Shown here in pieces: positions 13,701-24,177 of a DNA stretch of 64,000 nucleotides (position 1 is its first letter; every line of letters begins with the position of its first letter). The notes beneath the pieces are model-generated. The model was given only the letters and a program-made list of their open reading frames with translations, was not told the origin of the DNA and did no database searches. The DNA comes from Naegleria gruberi. Its lineage: Eukaryota. Made by a program: the position numbers and the translations under genes. The stretch lies in the NCBI GenBank assembly GCA_000004985.1, contig GG738855.1. One strand, given 5' to 3'.

Positions 13701-14104
13701 ACCTAATGTGTGTGAGTGAAAATACATAATAATATACTTACTCCAGGAGCTTCTCTTCTAACAATTGGGATTGAATTAATTAAGACTACTCTGTCATTGA
13801 CCTTATAGCCTTCAACACTAGATTGAGGAAAGCTTCTACGTGGAAATGGTTCACTCAAGGGAATTGCCTTATACATGTATCCACTGCCTTCGAGAATAAA
13901 TTCTCCATTACTCATGTACATTAATCTAGAGTTGGTAAAACGTTCCAGAGGAACATTGTTACTTGTTTTCAAATAGGATCTTGCTGCTTCAGGATTAGTG
14001 AGAGCAAGAGAAACCAAGTCTTCTACTTCCATTGTGCTGGACTCTATGAAAGAGGCAGCCAAAACGAAGAGTAGAAGCAATATAGCAAGAGCTTGTTGTT
14101 TCAT
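4719..14104 (-). CDS. Giant mosaic secreted/membrane protein, about 3150 aa, with 6 exons. Domain order: signal peptide, propeptide, M66 (StcE/dictomallein-type) zinc metalloprotease, beta-rich region, PSI repeats, about 20 tenascin/laminin-type EGF repeats, Ig-like region, Ser/Thr-rich stalk, C-terminal hydrophobic anchor.
   Basis: Exons on the minus strand (approximate): 14104..13742, with signal peptide MKQQALAILLLLFVLAASF and an ATG confirmed at 14102-14104. Then 13702..13515 and 13473..13336. Then 13275..13170, ending ..VFLHE. Then ~13122..10667, starting IGHNFGFGH (ORF 10586..13084). Then 10619..4719 (ORF 4719..10562). Across a ~47-nt intron the HE|IGHNFGFGH join recreates the metzincin motif HExxHxxGxxH, as in M66/StcE HEVGHNYGLGH. 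The 47-nt intron 10620..10666 (GTAAGT...TTAG) joins ..DNTCQ to WCSYTQNC in frame. This continues a series of PSI-like CxWCxxxxxC repeats, so the two big ORFs are one gene. Downstream are many CxCxxGxxGxxC EGF units, an S/T-rich stalk and a terminal hydrophobic segment (..VSHVITLLLSLFAIVM). Confidence 0.75.
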
Positions 14105-14413
14105 TTTTCAATCTGTCTTTACACACTTCAGTATTAAGCAAGAGGCAATAAACATACAATTGTTTACAATGTATTTTGCCAAATTTCGCCATCAAAGATT
14201 AATCTGGATATCCGTGTGGAATGAAATCAATATTTGGTGTTCCGATTAATTATCTCTTATGGACCTCAATCGCTCAATGTATTTTTCAGAGTGGGCACTT
14301 GTTCAAATATGGTCCAATCTCTCTAGATGAAATTATTATAAATTATTCTCCAAGTCAAAAAGTCAATGAAGATTATCAATTATAGATGTTGTATTTTAAA
14401 TATTTGATATTTA

Positions 14414-15141
14414 CTATTTCTTTACTTTTGGTCTTTCATAATCAAATGGTTTTTCATACATGACCATATTAATTAACAAGAATAATGGTACAAAAAAGTA
14501 AATGGCATTAGTTCCAATCAAAACTGGGTGATAATTTTGATACTCGAAAATATAACTACTAATTATTGGAATTAAGGTAGTCATTGTATGGCTGTTTTCA
14601 TGATTTGAATAATTACTGATTGAAAATTACACATACCTGCAATAAATAATGAATGGAATTCTGCACCAATTGCTTCCAGCAATCAAGGCATAACAAGCAA
14701 CAAAAAAGAATGGTAATTGAAATAAAATCTCACAATGCACCAAACTCAAAAACCAAACAGGAAAAGTTTCCATCAATTTATCTACAAGTTCAGTAAAATT
14801 ATTATTTGTAAAAACGTACCTTGATAGGCATTAACCCAATTTTCAATAAAGAAATCTGTCACAGCCTTTGGTGGAAAATTTGGAAAGTGTGGAGAAAGAA
14901 CAGCCTATTAATTTTTCCATCATCATTCCGAAGCAAAATTTTGAATGATATTTAATCATCATTGTTGATTATATAAATATTAATTGTGAATTTAAATTAT
15001 TATCATCATATAATAGTAAAATAATACCTACTCTTGCATCAATGAAAATACTGGCTGGAATATGTGTCAAGAAATAGATAAAGAATAACAAATGCCATGG
15101 ACGAGCAAATATGGATGGAACGTAAGTATTGTTGGTCATTT
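14414..15141 (-). CDS. TMEM97 / sigma-2 receptor-like (EXPERA-domain) small membrane protein, multi-exon. Only the first and last exons were located confidently.
   Basis: Minus-strand first exon starting at ATG ~15141 reads MTNNTYVPSIFARPWHLLFFIYFLTHIPASIFIDAR then a GT donor. This resembles the TMEM97 N-terminus (..LLGLYFLSHIPITLFMDLQ). Last exon ends ..YEKPFDYERPKVKK, stop at 14414-14416. The region between holds several short exons with ACTTAC (GTAAGT) donors. Internal exon boundaries not resolved. Confidence 0.4.
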
Positions 15142-15518
15142 TTTATTTAAAATGTTAAAAATATTAAATTTGAGCGGGTAATCATTAATAAGTCTTATTA
15201 AAATCACACCAAATATAAAAACTGTAGATAAGCATGTACAAAAATGAAAAATCACCAAGTTAACAAACTAATATTTCTTGACATGTTGGTGAGCCAAATT
15301 TCAAGCCCAACGATTACCTTTACAATAATTTACAGTTCAATGAAGAAAGATTCTTCCAAAACAAAGTTGAAATGGGATTTTTTGGTCCAAAAATAACGCT
15401 ACATTTCACAATTCCACACCCACTGTCACGTTTAAAAGCACCAACACCATGAATAAAATAGTATTAATACAATTCAAAAAAAAACAATTCTAAATAATAT
15501 TAATCCACTCGAGTAAAG

Positions 15519-16299
15519 ATGTCAGCTACATTTAATTTCAACTGTACCTATGTTAGACAAAGTGATGGTTTGGTTATTCAATCACAAGCCATGGACAATA
15601 ATGCAACACAATGGCAATGGACATCACCTACCGATCAAGTTTGTGAAGGAAGAATTTTACCAACTAATGAATGGGCTTTCTACTTTAACAATGCTGCACT
15701 CTCACCAACTAATTTGAGAGCTGTTTTGATGAATGTTACGTAAGTGTTTTTAATGTAGTTAGTTCCAATGAATATTTAACTGTCTTTGATGAAATAATTC
15801 GCCTGTCATCATAATTTCACACATTTATTTTCATCCAATCAATAATTCTCTTCTAGTCAAGCTTCACCAACAATCTTACAAGTCAATGCAGTTTTGGGTA
15901 GAACTGCAGAAACCTATTGCCAAACAACAACCGGATCTTCATCATCTTCAAGTACCACTCCTACCACTTCATCAACTTTGGCCGTTCCTCCATCCTACAA
16001 GGATTCAGCCAATAAGACTTGGTTTGTTTCAGGACTCTCCACAACCTTATTCAATGCCACTTGTAGTGATGGTAGAAAGGCAGTTGTTTATTATGCGTAA
16101 GTAATTCTAAATGTTATTTATTCTAATCAATTATTTTAGTTTGTATCCAAATTCAGTACAAACCTCAACTGCTACCTACTCTGTATATGTCAAATTCTAC
16201 AATAGTTCAAATGTTTTGATTGATTTCCAAAGAGGTCAAGGAAATTCCAACATGACTTCAATTGCATTTGATAATAGCTATTCATGGGTTAAACCTTAA
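15519..16299 (+). CDS. Hypothetical Ser/Thr-rich protein with multiple N-glycosylation sequons. Three exons, approximately 15519..15739, 15857..16096 and 16140..16299.
   Basis: ORF 15519..15743 runs to a GTAAGT donor. The 15894..16100 frame continues after acceptor ..tcttctag, and the 16111..16299 frame after ..ttattttag. Phases are consistent across the introns (ac|t and gc|t). No recognisable domain and no signal peptide at the N-terminus. Confidence 0.45.
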
Positions 16300-16440
16300 A
16301 TTATTGATGTATGATTCAAAATTGTAAATAAAAATTGTATATTAGTTCAACCTATTCAAGTACTTCCTCGTTCAAAACCACCAATCATGGTTTTGGCTTA
16401 TCAAAAATCATTTGCTTAGTTAATCAATTAAGGATCACAT

Positions 16441-16514
16441 GCAGCGATAGATCAGTTGGTTAGATCGTAAGCCTAACACGCTTAAGGTCGCGGGTTCAAG
16501 CCCCGCTCGCTGTA
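16441..16514 (+). tRNA. tRNA-Val (anticodon AAC)
   Basis: 74-nt cloverleaf. Acceptor stem GCAGCGA/TCGCTGT (one G-U pair). D arm GATC-AGTTGGTTA-GATC. Anticodon stem TAAGC/GCTTA with loop CTAACAC (anticodon AAC). Variable loop AGGTC. T arm GCGGG-TTCAAGC-CCCGC (B box GGTTCAAGCCC). Discriminator A. Followed by a TTTT Pol III terminator at ~16517. Confidence 0.9.
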
Positions 16515-16522
16515 ACTTTTAA
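16515..16522 (+). terminator. Pol III oligo-T terminator downstream of tRNA-Val
   Basis: ..gctgtaaCTTTTaagg immediately 3' of the tRNA. Confidence 0.5.
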
Positions 16523-17423
16523 GGAATTAGCAGCTATTTTAAAGCCACACCACTAATGGATGCATCTCTTTGTTGTAATGGTAGATAATTGATTGTGCGA
16601 GTTGGTAGTTTTTGTTCCTTAATTCTGTTAATGATTCTTTCTACAAGGAATAGTTCTCCAACATGATTCAGTTCCAAATTCAAAATTATTAAAATAATGC
16701 TATACAAACCAACCAAAAATTGTAAAATTCAGTTTTTTTTATTGTAGTTGTTTACAGTGCCTTCAACACTTTATGTTTCACATTGATTTTAGAAATGAAT
16801 GTTGTATAAAATTGTAAACTTAAAGTTACAATTTCTCACCAAATAATTTTGATTTATTAAAAAAGAATTCATCTTTTTTTATCAAAAAGGCCAATTGTCT
16901 ATATTTGCCTTCAACTCGAATAAGGGTTCAACCAATTCTCTCGTTAGCAAGTAACCTTTCGCCCCTTTCAAAAGTTCTTCAAAGCTTTTCGTTGTTACTC
17001 TCCACAGTGAGCAAAAACACGTGCATTGCATTCGATCTTCACACCTGAGGAGCAAACATAATTGTATTGGAATCGTCAAAAGCTACACAACCACTTCACA
17101 CCAAAAAATTCAAGCATACACCACCTCTGTCAAGCTTGTATATCTGGAAGTAATAGAAACTCTGAAGAAGGACTCTCCGTATGCTCTTTATTGGTTCGCC
17201 TTTACATTGTAGCATACCATTCATACTTTGATTTGTTGTGATCCAATTCCGTACTGCTTCTGTTATTGTTGTAGAAGCACTCTCCCCTGCATTGATCAAG
17301 CAAGTACTTTGTCATTCCGTTTCATCATCTAAATAACAAGAAGAGAACAAATTCATATTGTTATTATAATTATTGAATAATCATACCTTCATCATCATCA
17401 TCTGAAAATACTACAATATCATC

Positions 17424-20132
17424 ATGATGGAAGACCAATCACCAACTAATCCTCTTCCTTCTACCATCATGTCTACGGATACAAATACATCAAAAGACAA
17501 GGTTGTATTCATCTATGTTCTCGATAAGGAGAATGAGGAACAACAAGAGGTGCAATATAGACACCTCTCATGTTATGCTCACTATCACGTTCTTAGTACT
17601 TTATTAATCATGGGTTGTAAACAAGGAGATGCTGCTGAAATTAGTGATTTAGTTTTCAAATGGGTCTCAGAAGCACAATACAACCTAAAACTACAACAAC
17701 AAAAACAACAACAATTAGAGAGAGCAAGACATTCATCATCCGAGGAGGAAAATCTCCTCGAAACTGTTGATAATTATTCTGTAAATGAACTAAACGTTGA
17801 AGGAACATACAGCCAACAACAATCTAAACTTCTCAAACCCTTGTTAAATTATAGAGAAAACAACAACATACTACCAACTAGTATTCAACAAGTAATAGTT
17901 GAAGATCACTTGGATTATTCAAGTTGTTCATCAAATGGTGAAAGTGGTAGTGAATCGGAAAGAGAGGATGATAAAGAAGTTATTACGAATGAGGACTTTT
18001 CTATTGATTCTCCGCCAACACTCTCCAACTATCAAGGAGGAATTACATCATCACCTCACAATTGTAATAAGAATAGTGAAGAAGAATCAATAAATCACCT
18101 CCATCAAGACTCTCACAAGAAGGACAGAAAGAAAAAACACAGAAAGTACAAATCCTCTAAATCTCCCTATGATAGTGGTAATGATATTGATGAATCCGAT
18201 CATGAACACCATTCAGACGATAATGTTTCGCTAACCCCTAATCATGAAAAACAATCCACCACAGTGCCATTCTCTAAATCCATATCTGTACCAATCTCTA
18301 ATCACAACAAGAAAGCACTCTTAACTAATCATTCACTAGAAATTCCAATCACTATAGAACAACAAGCATCTGGAAGTTTTGATTCACAAACTTTAGGTAC
18401 ATCACCAAATAATGTAAATAATCCTTTAAGTAAGAAGAGAATTTTGAGATATGACAAGCATTTGAAGAGCAAGTCTTATCTTGTTAGAGAAATTACCTAC
18501 ATGCTCAAACAGAATAGGTCTCTCAAAATTCCACAAACCATCAGTAAGAGACATGAGAGAAATTATGTAATTTTCCTTACCAGATTCCAATTCCAAGAGA
18601 TTATAAGAATTGCTTTGAACGTTTTTGGTTACAGTAGAGCAAATAGAATTAGAGACTTTTCTATTGCTTGCTCAATGCAAGAAAGAAGAAGACCACTAAT
18701 TATTTTATTTGGAGGAACTTCTGGTACTGGTAAAAGTACATTGGCAAGTCTTATTGCAAGTCGTTTAGGTATTACAAAAGTCCTCTCTACTGATAATATT
18801 AGGCACATGCTTAGAGCATTTATTTCTAAAGAAGAGGAACCAGTTTTATTTGCCTCTACCTATCATGCAGGAGAAGCTCTTGTCAATACACAAGAAGGAA
18901 AGGAACTGAAAGATAAAATGTCACCAGATGAATTAACTGTTGAAGGATTTAGAAGACAATGCAAATTGGTCATTGAACAATTAGAAAAAATCATTGAACA
19001 AGCAATTGAACGTAATGAGGGACTTGTAGTGGAAGGTGTTCACTTATTGACTGATTTTATTGTGGAACTTATGAAAAAGCATCCAACTAGTATCCTACCA
19101 TATATTATTTATATTAGTAATCAACAAAAACATAAGGAAAGATTTGCTATCAGAGCAAAATACATGACTCTCGAACCTAGGAACAACAAATATGTCAAAT
19201 ATTTCCAAAACATTAGACAAATTCAAAAGTATTTATATGATAGAGCTGAGGTTTATAATGTACCAAAAATTGATAACACAAATATCGATCGTTCTATTGC
19301 AGCAATTCATGGCAGTGTATTCAAGTCTATGAAGATGGTCTTTGAAAATAAGAAATTATTTAATTATGAAACTGGCAAATGTTCCTCAGTACATCCTAAA
19401 TCTCTTTTCGATAAGAAACATCAACATTGGTCTTCCAAGAGAATGCTTCAAGCTCTTCAAAAGAAACGAGTCTCTCTAGAAATTAAGGGATTAGCTGAAG
19501 CCTCAACAGTCCCAATAGTAGAAACTGAATTAATAATCCAAACTGATTCTTCCTCAACCAATACTCCAATAATCTCCAATTCATCCATTACCATTCCTCC
19601 TCTTGTACACACCAAATCATCATCAATAGAATCATCCAATACTGAAGAAATTACAGAAACTGTACTTGGAAAGGAAACTAGCAGTAGTAGTGAGGGCGAG
19701 GCAGACGATAAGACAACTCTCTCCAATAGATCGTCAAGAAGGAAAAAGACTCTTACTCTCACTAAGAAAAATGTTGTCTTTGCACCAAATGAACCCTCAC
19801 ACGATAATCAAAAACCTGAATTGGAGGAAAGTTTGGAAATAACTAGAGAAATGCAAGAAAATGTAGAGACTCTGGAAGACCCTGAATCAATATCGCCCAC
19901 AATTGTGAAACCAATTTCTGCTCTTAAAAAGAAGAAGAAGAAATTGGTTGAAGAATTAATCAATCGTCCAGACAGTCCAGAGGAACCACCTCAAACTCCA
20001 CAAAATGGGGAAACTGACACAAACGATACTCCTAAATACAATTACTATACAACAAGTGAAGGTGTTTGCAGTTTGTCAGAAAGAGATCAAGATTTTGAAT
20101 ATGGCCAATGGATTGAAATGGATACATCCTAA
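17424..20132 (+). CDS. P-loop NTPase of the 2-phosphoglycerate kinase-like (2-PGK / LPA1-like) family, with long low-complexity N- and C-terminal extensions.
   Basis: Single 902-aa ORF starting at ATG 17424. Central block RRRPLIILFGGTSGTGKSTLASLIASRLGITKVLSTDNIRHMLRAF.. carries a Walker A (GTSGTGKST) and downstream core typical of 2-PGK-like ATP-binding proteins. Flanks are rich in S/E/K/Q runs. Confidence 0.55.
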   Translation: MMEDQSPTNPLPSTIMSTDTNTSKDKVVFIYVLDKENEEQQEVQYRHLSCYAHYHVLSTLLIMGCKQGDAAEISDLVFKWVSEAQYNLKLQQQKQQQLERARHSSSEEENLLETVDNYSVNELNVEGTYSQQQSKLLKPLLNYRENNNILPTSIQQVIVEDHLDYSSCSSNGESGSESEREDDKEVITNEDFSIDSPPTLSNYQGGITSSPHNCNKNSEEESINHLHQDSHKKDRKKKHRKYKSSKSPYDSGNDIDESDHEHHSDDNVSLTPNHEKQSTTVPFSKSISVPISNHNKKALLTNHSLEIPITIEQQASGSFDSQTLGTSPNNVNNPLSKKRILRYDKHLKSKSYLVREITYMLKQNRSLKIPQTISKRHERNYVIFLTRFQFQEIIRIALNVFGYSRANRIRDFSIACSMQERRRPLIILFGGTSGTGKSTLASLIASRLGITKVLSTDNIRHMLRAFISKEEEPVLFASTYHAGEALVNTQEGKELKDKMSPDELTVEGFRRQCKLVIEQLEKIIEQAIERNEGLVVEGVHLLTDFIVELMKKHPTSILPYIIYISNQQKHKERFAIRAKYMTLEPRNNKYVKYFQNIRQIQKYLYDRAEVYNVPKIDNTNIDRSIAAIHGSVFKSMKMVFENKKLFNYETGKCSSVHPKSLFDKKHQHWSSKRMLQALQKKRVSLEIKGLAEASTVPIVETELIIQTDSSSTNTPIISNSSITIPPLVHTKSSSIESSNTEEITETVLGKETSSSSEGEADDKTTLSNRSSRRKKTLTLTKKNVVFAPNEPSHDNQKPELEESLEITREMQENVETLEDPESISPTIVKPISALKKKKKKLVEELINRPDSPEEPPQTPQNGETDTNDTPKYNYYTTSEGVCSLSERDQDFEYGQWIEMDTS

Positions 20133-20313
20133 ATAAAACTGTAATGACAAATACTTTAGTCGATTAGTGTTGTTTGTTTCAAGACCACATTATGAGAATC
20201 CAATTAAACAATCAACACCATTGTAACCTGTTCGGAAAATTGGTCAAGCTCTTGGACATCCGAGAGCAAGCTTCAATTATGCATCAAACAAATCAACAAG
20301 TCGTTTTATATGC

Positions 20314-22107
20314 ATGAAAATAATCAACATAAAAAAAATGTCCTCCACCATTACCACTCTCAATCAGAGTGTACAATCAAGAATAGATTCTTTAAATGAT
20401 CAGTTGAAGGATATTAAACCTCTCACTCTAATTTTTTATACAACAGCCACCATTGCTTCAACATATTACGGAAAACAATTATGGGAAGCCTCCAAGGAAC
20501 ATCCAAATGGATTGAGTGGAGTTCTTCTCGGAACAATTTTAAAAACTGTTAGAAAATTACCAATGGTTGATTCCAAAATTCAAGAAACACTTGCAAAAAT
20601 TTCAAAGGAGATCAAATTGTCTTTTAAAAAAGGAATTGAACAAGAAGAATACAATGAAAAATTACCATTAGAAGGAATTCCATATCCACAATTATTGAGC
20701 TTACTTAAAAAAATGAAACAACTCGATGGTAAAAAGGTATCTCAAAAGAAATTATCTGGTGTTGTATATATTGATGCTACAGATGATTCAAATGATGAAG
20801 AGGACTCTTTAAGTGTAAATGATCAAGTTGTGTCACAAAGTAGTACTGATCCTCTTGCATTTAGAAAATATCATGAAGACCTCCTTGCCAAAACCTATCG
20901 TTATTTCATGCATACCAATCCATTGCATTCAGATTGTTTCCTCTACACCAGAAAAATGGAGGCAGAAGTTATTAGAATGACTGGAGCCATTATGAATGGA
21001 TCCTACAATAAGGAGACAGGAGAGGGTATTGTTGGTACCACCACAAGTGGAGGTACAGAGTCTATTATTATGGCATTGAAGGCCTATCGTGATCAAGCTA
21101 GACATGAAAAGCCATGGATCAAGCAACCAGAAGTTGTTGCTCCAAGAACTGTCCACTGTGCTTTCGAAAAGGGATGTCACTATTTGGGCATCAAGTTGAG
21201 ACATGTCGAAGTGGATTTGAATACTTTCAAAGTTAGAATGGATTTGGTTAAAAAGGCTATCAATTCCAATACTATTTTATTAGTGGGATCTGCTCCATGC
21301 TACGGCCAAGGTATTATAGATCCAATTGAAGAATTGAGTGAATTGGCTCTCAAGAATGGACTAGGTTTGCATGTTGATTGTTGTCTTGGAGGTTTTGTTG
21401 TTCCATTTGCCAAGAAGCTTGGTTTTGATTTGGGTCTTAAAGATTTTGATTTTACCTTGCCAGGTGTAACTAGTATGAGTGTTGACACTCACAAATATGG
21501 ACTAGCTCCAAAAGGTAGCAGTGTTCTATTGTTCAGATCCAGAGAATTGAGAAAGTACATGTACTTTGTTACTACAAATTGGATGGGTGGTGTTTATGCT
21601 ACTCCTATCTTCTCTGGTAGTCGAAGTGGTGCACTTGTTGCTACTGCTTGGGCCAGTTTGATGCATGTGGGAGAAAAGGGCTATTTGGAGGCTACTAGAA
21701 GAATTGTAACAACTGTTCAAAAGATTAAGAAGGGAGTTCAACAAGAAATACCAGAAATTAGGGTATGTGGTGATCCAAAAGCTATGGTGATTGCCTTTGA
21801 AACCAATACTCAAGTGAGTAAAATTGATATTTACCAGGTTATGGACTTCCTCTCCCATAGAGGTTGGAGTTTGAATCCACTTCAATTCCCTGCCTCTATT
21901 CACTTGTGTGTAACCCTGAATACTGCCACAGATGAGAAGGCCAATGAATTCATCCAAGACATGAAGGATGCTGTCAAGGAGGTCAGTACTCATCCAGAGA
22001 ATGTAAAGGGTTCAGCACCAATGTATGGATTGGCAATTTCCATCCCAGATCGTTCCATTATTGATAGTATGATCACCAATGTAGTTGATGCCATGTTGGA
22101 TCTCTAA
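20314..22107 (+). CDS. Sphingosine-1-phosphate lyase (PLP-dependent group II decarboxylase family)
   Basis: Single 597-aa ORF. N-terminal TM segment (LTLIFYTTATIASTYYG). GGTESIIMALKAYRD block. PLP-lysine motif SMSVDTHKYGLAPKGSSVLLFR. The overall length and order are typical of SPL. Confidence 0.8.
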   Translation: MKIINIKKMSSTITTLNQSVQSRIDSLNDQLKDIKPLTLIFYTTATIASTYYGKQLWEASKEHPNGLSGVLLGTILKTVRKLPMVDSKIQETLAKISKEIKLSFKKGIEQEEYNEKLPLEGIPYPQLLSLLKKMKQLDGKKVSQKKLSGVVYIDATDDSNDEEDSLSVNDQVVSQSSTDPLAFRKYHEDLLAKTYRYFMHTNPLHSDCFLYTRKMEAEVIRMTGAIMNGSYNKETGEGIVGTTTSGGTESIIMALKAYRDQARHEKPWIKQPEVVAPRTVHCAFEKGCHYLGIKLRHVEVDLNTFKVRMDLVKKAINSNTILLVGSAPCYGQGIIDPIEELSELALKNGLGLHVDCCLGGFVVPFAKKLGFDLGLKDFDFTLPGVTSMSVDTHKYGLAPKGSSVLLFRSRELRKYMYFVTTNWMGGVYATPIFSGSRSGALVATAWASLMHVGEKGYLEATRRIVTTVQKIKKGVQQEIPEIRVCGDPKAMVIAFETNTQVSKIDIYQVMDFLSHRGWSLNPLQFPASIHLCVTLNTATDEKANEFIQDMKDAVKEVSTHPENVKGSAPMYGLAISIPDRSIIDSMITNVVDAMLDL

Positions 22108-22237
22108 TTTTGAGACAAGCAATGTGTGAAATTTTCCTGTTGGCCCATTCAAATTTTCCTTACATCAGAGTGTATATCCGGCTCGACACTGGAAAAAAAA
22201 TAAAACTGTTTTTGTTTTTATTGGAAAACTTTGTTAA

Positions 22238-23834
22238 TTATTTGGATGGGTGTTCGCAAAGGGTATCATTATGTAAAGCACACATCCAGTAACCACATTG
22301 GGTACATTTTGTGTGCACTCTTGAGTTGTTACAGTAGTGGCAATTGTGGTAATGATGATCATTGACTTTTACATGTGTATGGGGCTGAGTCAATTTTCTC
22401 CCTACATTATCAACTTGAGCACCACCTTTTCTTGCTAATTCAATAGCAAGCATCGAGAGGTACGAAACTAATGTTGTGTTGGGGTCGACAGCTTCCTTGT
22501 AAAAGATCCAACAATTTGTGACTGCTACTCGAAAAATTCCGAACCAAGCTGCATTTGTCCACCTATGCATCCGATGTGATCCATTGTAAAGATGGGCATA
22601 CCGATCAGACACATCCACATTAACATGGTTCTGCTCATACACTGCCTTCACACTAGGGTGTTCATTTCCTCTAGTTTTGGTTTGTTCAATAGATACTTCA
22701 TTTGTTACAAAGTTTACAACTTTTTTATCAGAAAATCTAATAACAACAAAATCACCATTAGTGACCGAAACCCAATCACCTTTTTCCAATGTATACTCAT
22801 TGAGTATCTGGTTACATGGTTTTCCAAGTCGATTACTCATGCAGTTCATTGTGAAACGAAATCCCATTAAATTCAAAACTGCAGCCGTCTTGTAGTGCCC
22901 GAAGTAAGAATCAACACAAATACTATAATTTCTGGATGGTAGGGCTTGTACAAAATCCCAGACAAGTATATGGACAGGTGGTTGATGACCACAGTATGGC
23001 CAAAGACGATACACGAACCATTTACTATCTGACATTAAATAAAGCTTCACACCAGTGTTAGTGGGTTTTCCTTTAATGTGTTGTTTAAAGCGATACCTAC
23101 CATCAAATTCTATCAATGTTTCATCGACAGCAATTCTTCGGAAGGATCCAAATCACCTTGGAAATTATATTAAATATTCTTGTAAAATGATGAGGGTTTG
23201 CTCTGAAGTGTCTATTGATGTAAAGAAAGTCATCTCGGTTGTTCCAAATATTCTTGATGAATTGGTTACTGGTCAGAAGTGATGTAGAGAAGTATAAATC
23301 CAACTCAGGAAGAGGAGCGAGCATTATTGTGATAATAGTTGCAAAATAGAGGTAAATGTCAGACAAGGTGATTATCTTGCTGAGTGGTAAAGAAGTCACA
23401 TCCTCGTGTTCATCAACACTTTCTTCAGGTAGAGAAGGTATGATAACTTGATCGTCTTCATCAAGTTGTTCATTGTCTTCCGAATTATTTTGAACATGTT
23501 TTCCATACCACTCTTTAATGTGATCACCTTGGTCATCAAAATCCGTTGTTGATGGCTTGTGTGGATGGTTACATAGATCAACTATTCCATCCATTAACTC
23601 ATCAGTCAAGTACTGCTCCAAACATTTAAGAGGAGTCATTGAATTCAAGTGATTGCCATGACCAACAGGGCCTTCCGATACCTGTTTGAATGTCATCTCC
23701 TTTTCAAAAAATTCATAATCACTCCATCCCAAACTGTGTAAAAATTCACTGTGTTGGTTGATGTCCTCTAGAGTAATATTATGAGGTTTGTTCATTACTA
23801 GTTGGTGTGATGATGAAGAAAATATACCATCCAA
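22238..23834 (-). mobile_element. piggyBac-family transposase coding region interrupted by a frameshift (probable decayed or domesticated copy, pseudogene-like). No terminal inverted repeats recognised.
   Basis: Two adjacent minus-strand ORFs in different frames, 23121..23834 and 22238..23116. Upstream part contains NIWNNRDDFLYINRHF and KVIWILPKNC, compare piggyBac SRDRFDFLIRCL and KIWDLFIHQC. Downstream part contains RIAVDETLIEFDGRYRFKQHIKGKPTNTGVKLY, compare [30 protein letters not shown]. C-terminal Cys-rich CRD HNCHYCNNSRVHTKCTQCGYWMC. The frames overlap open only within ~23124..23152, implying a 1-nt indel there. Confidence 0.7.
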
Positions 23835-24177
23835 AGTTGATGCTGACTTTGTAAAAAACGGTATTTTTTTTTACAAAAGTGAACCAACTATACCACCATC
23901 CATATAAGGACACGATCATCAAAATGAAAAAAACAAACTTCAACATCTTTATGAAAATGCAAACACATTGCCCCATTCCGATGATTGCACCCAATAATCA
24001 AGTTTAAACAGCACGTGGCGAGCCTGATATATCAATTATTATTATTTATTAAGTGGACTATCAATTATAAACCGACCATTTTACAGTAATCATTATCAAT
24101 GGCTGTATATGTTGTTGGAACAGGAGCACTGGTAATCTTGCTCCCTTTCACACCACAGTGAACCTCATCATAAAAAA

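Noticed and set aside
13995-14249. Short ORFs overlapping the 5' end of the metalloprotease gene on both strands (13995..14195 -, 13998..14249 +).
   Set aside because: They overlap the well-supported signal-peptide exon and promoter region. No motifs. Likely chance ORFs.
16300-16900. tRNA-targeted retrotransposon (as in Dictyostelium TRE5/TRE3/DGLT-A) next to tRNA-Val.
   Set aside because: No RT, ORF1 or ORF2-like reading frames, and no repeats, within several hundred bp either side of the tRNA. Flanks are plain AT-rich spacer.
22108-24177. Intact, mobilisable piggyBac element with TIRs and TTAA target duplication.
   Set aside because: No inverted-repeat termini recognisable in either flank, and the ORF is frameshifted. 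Called as a decayed or domesticated copy instead.
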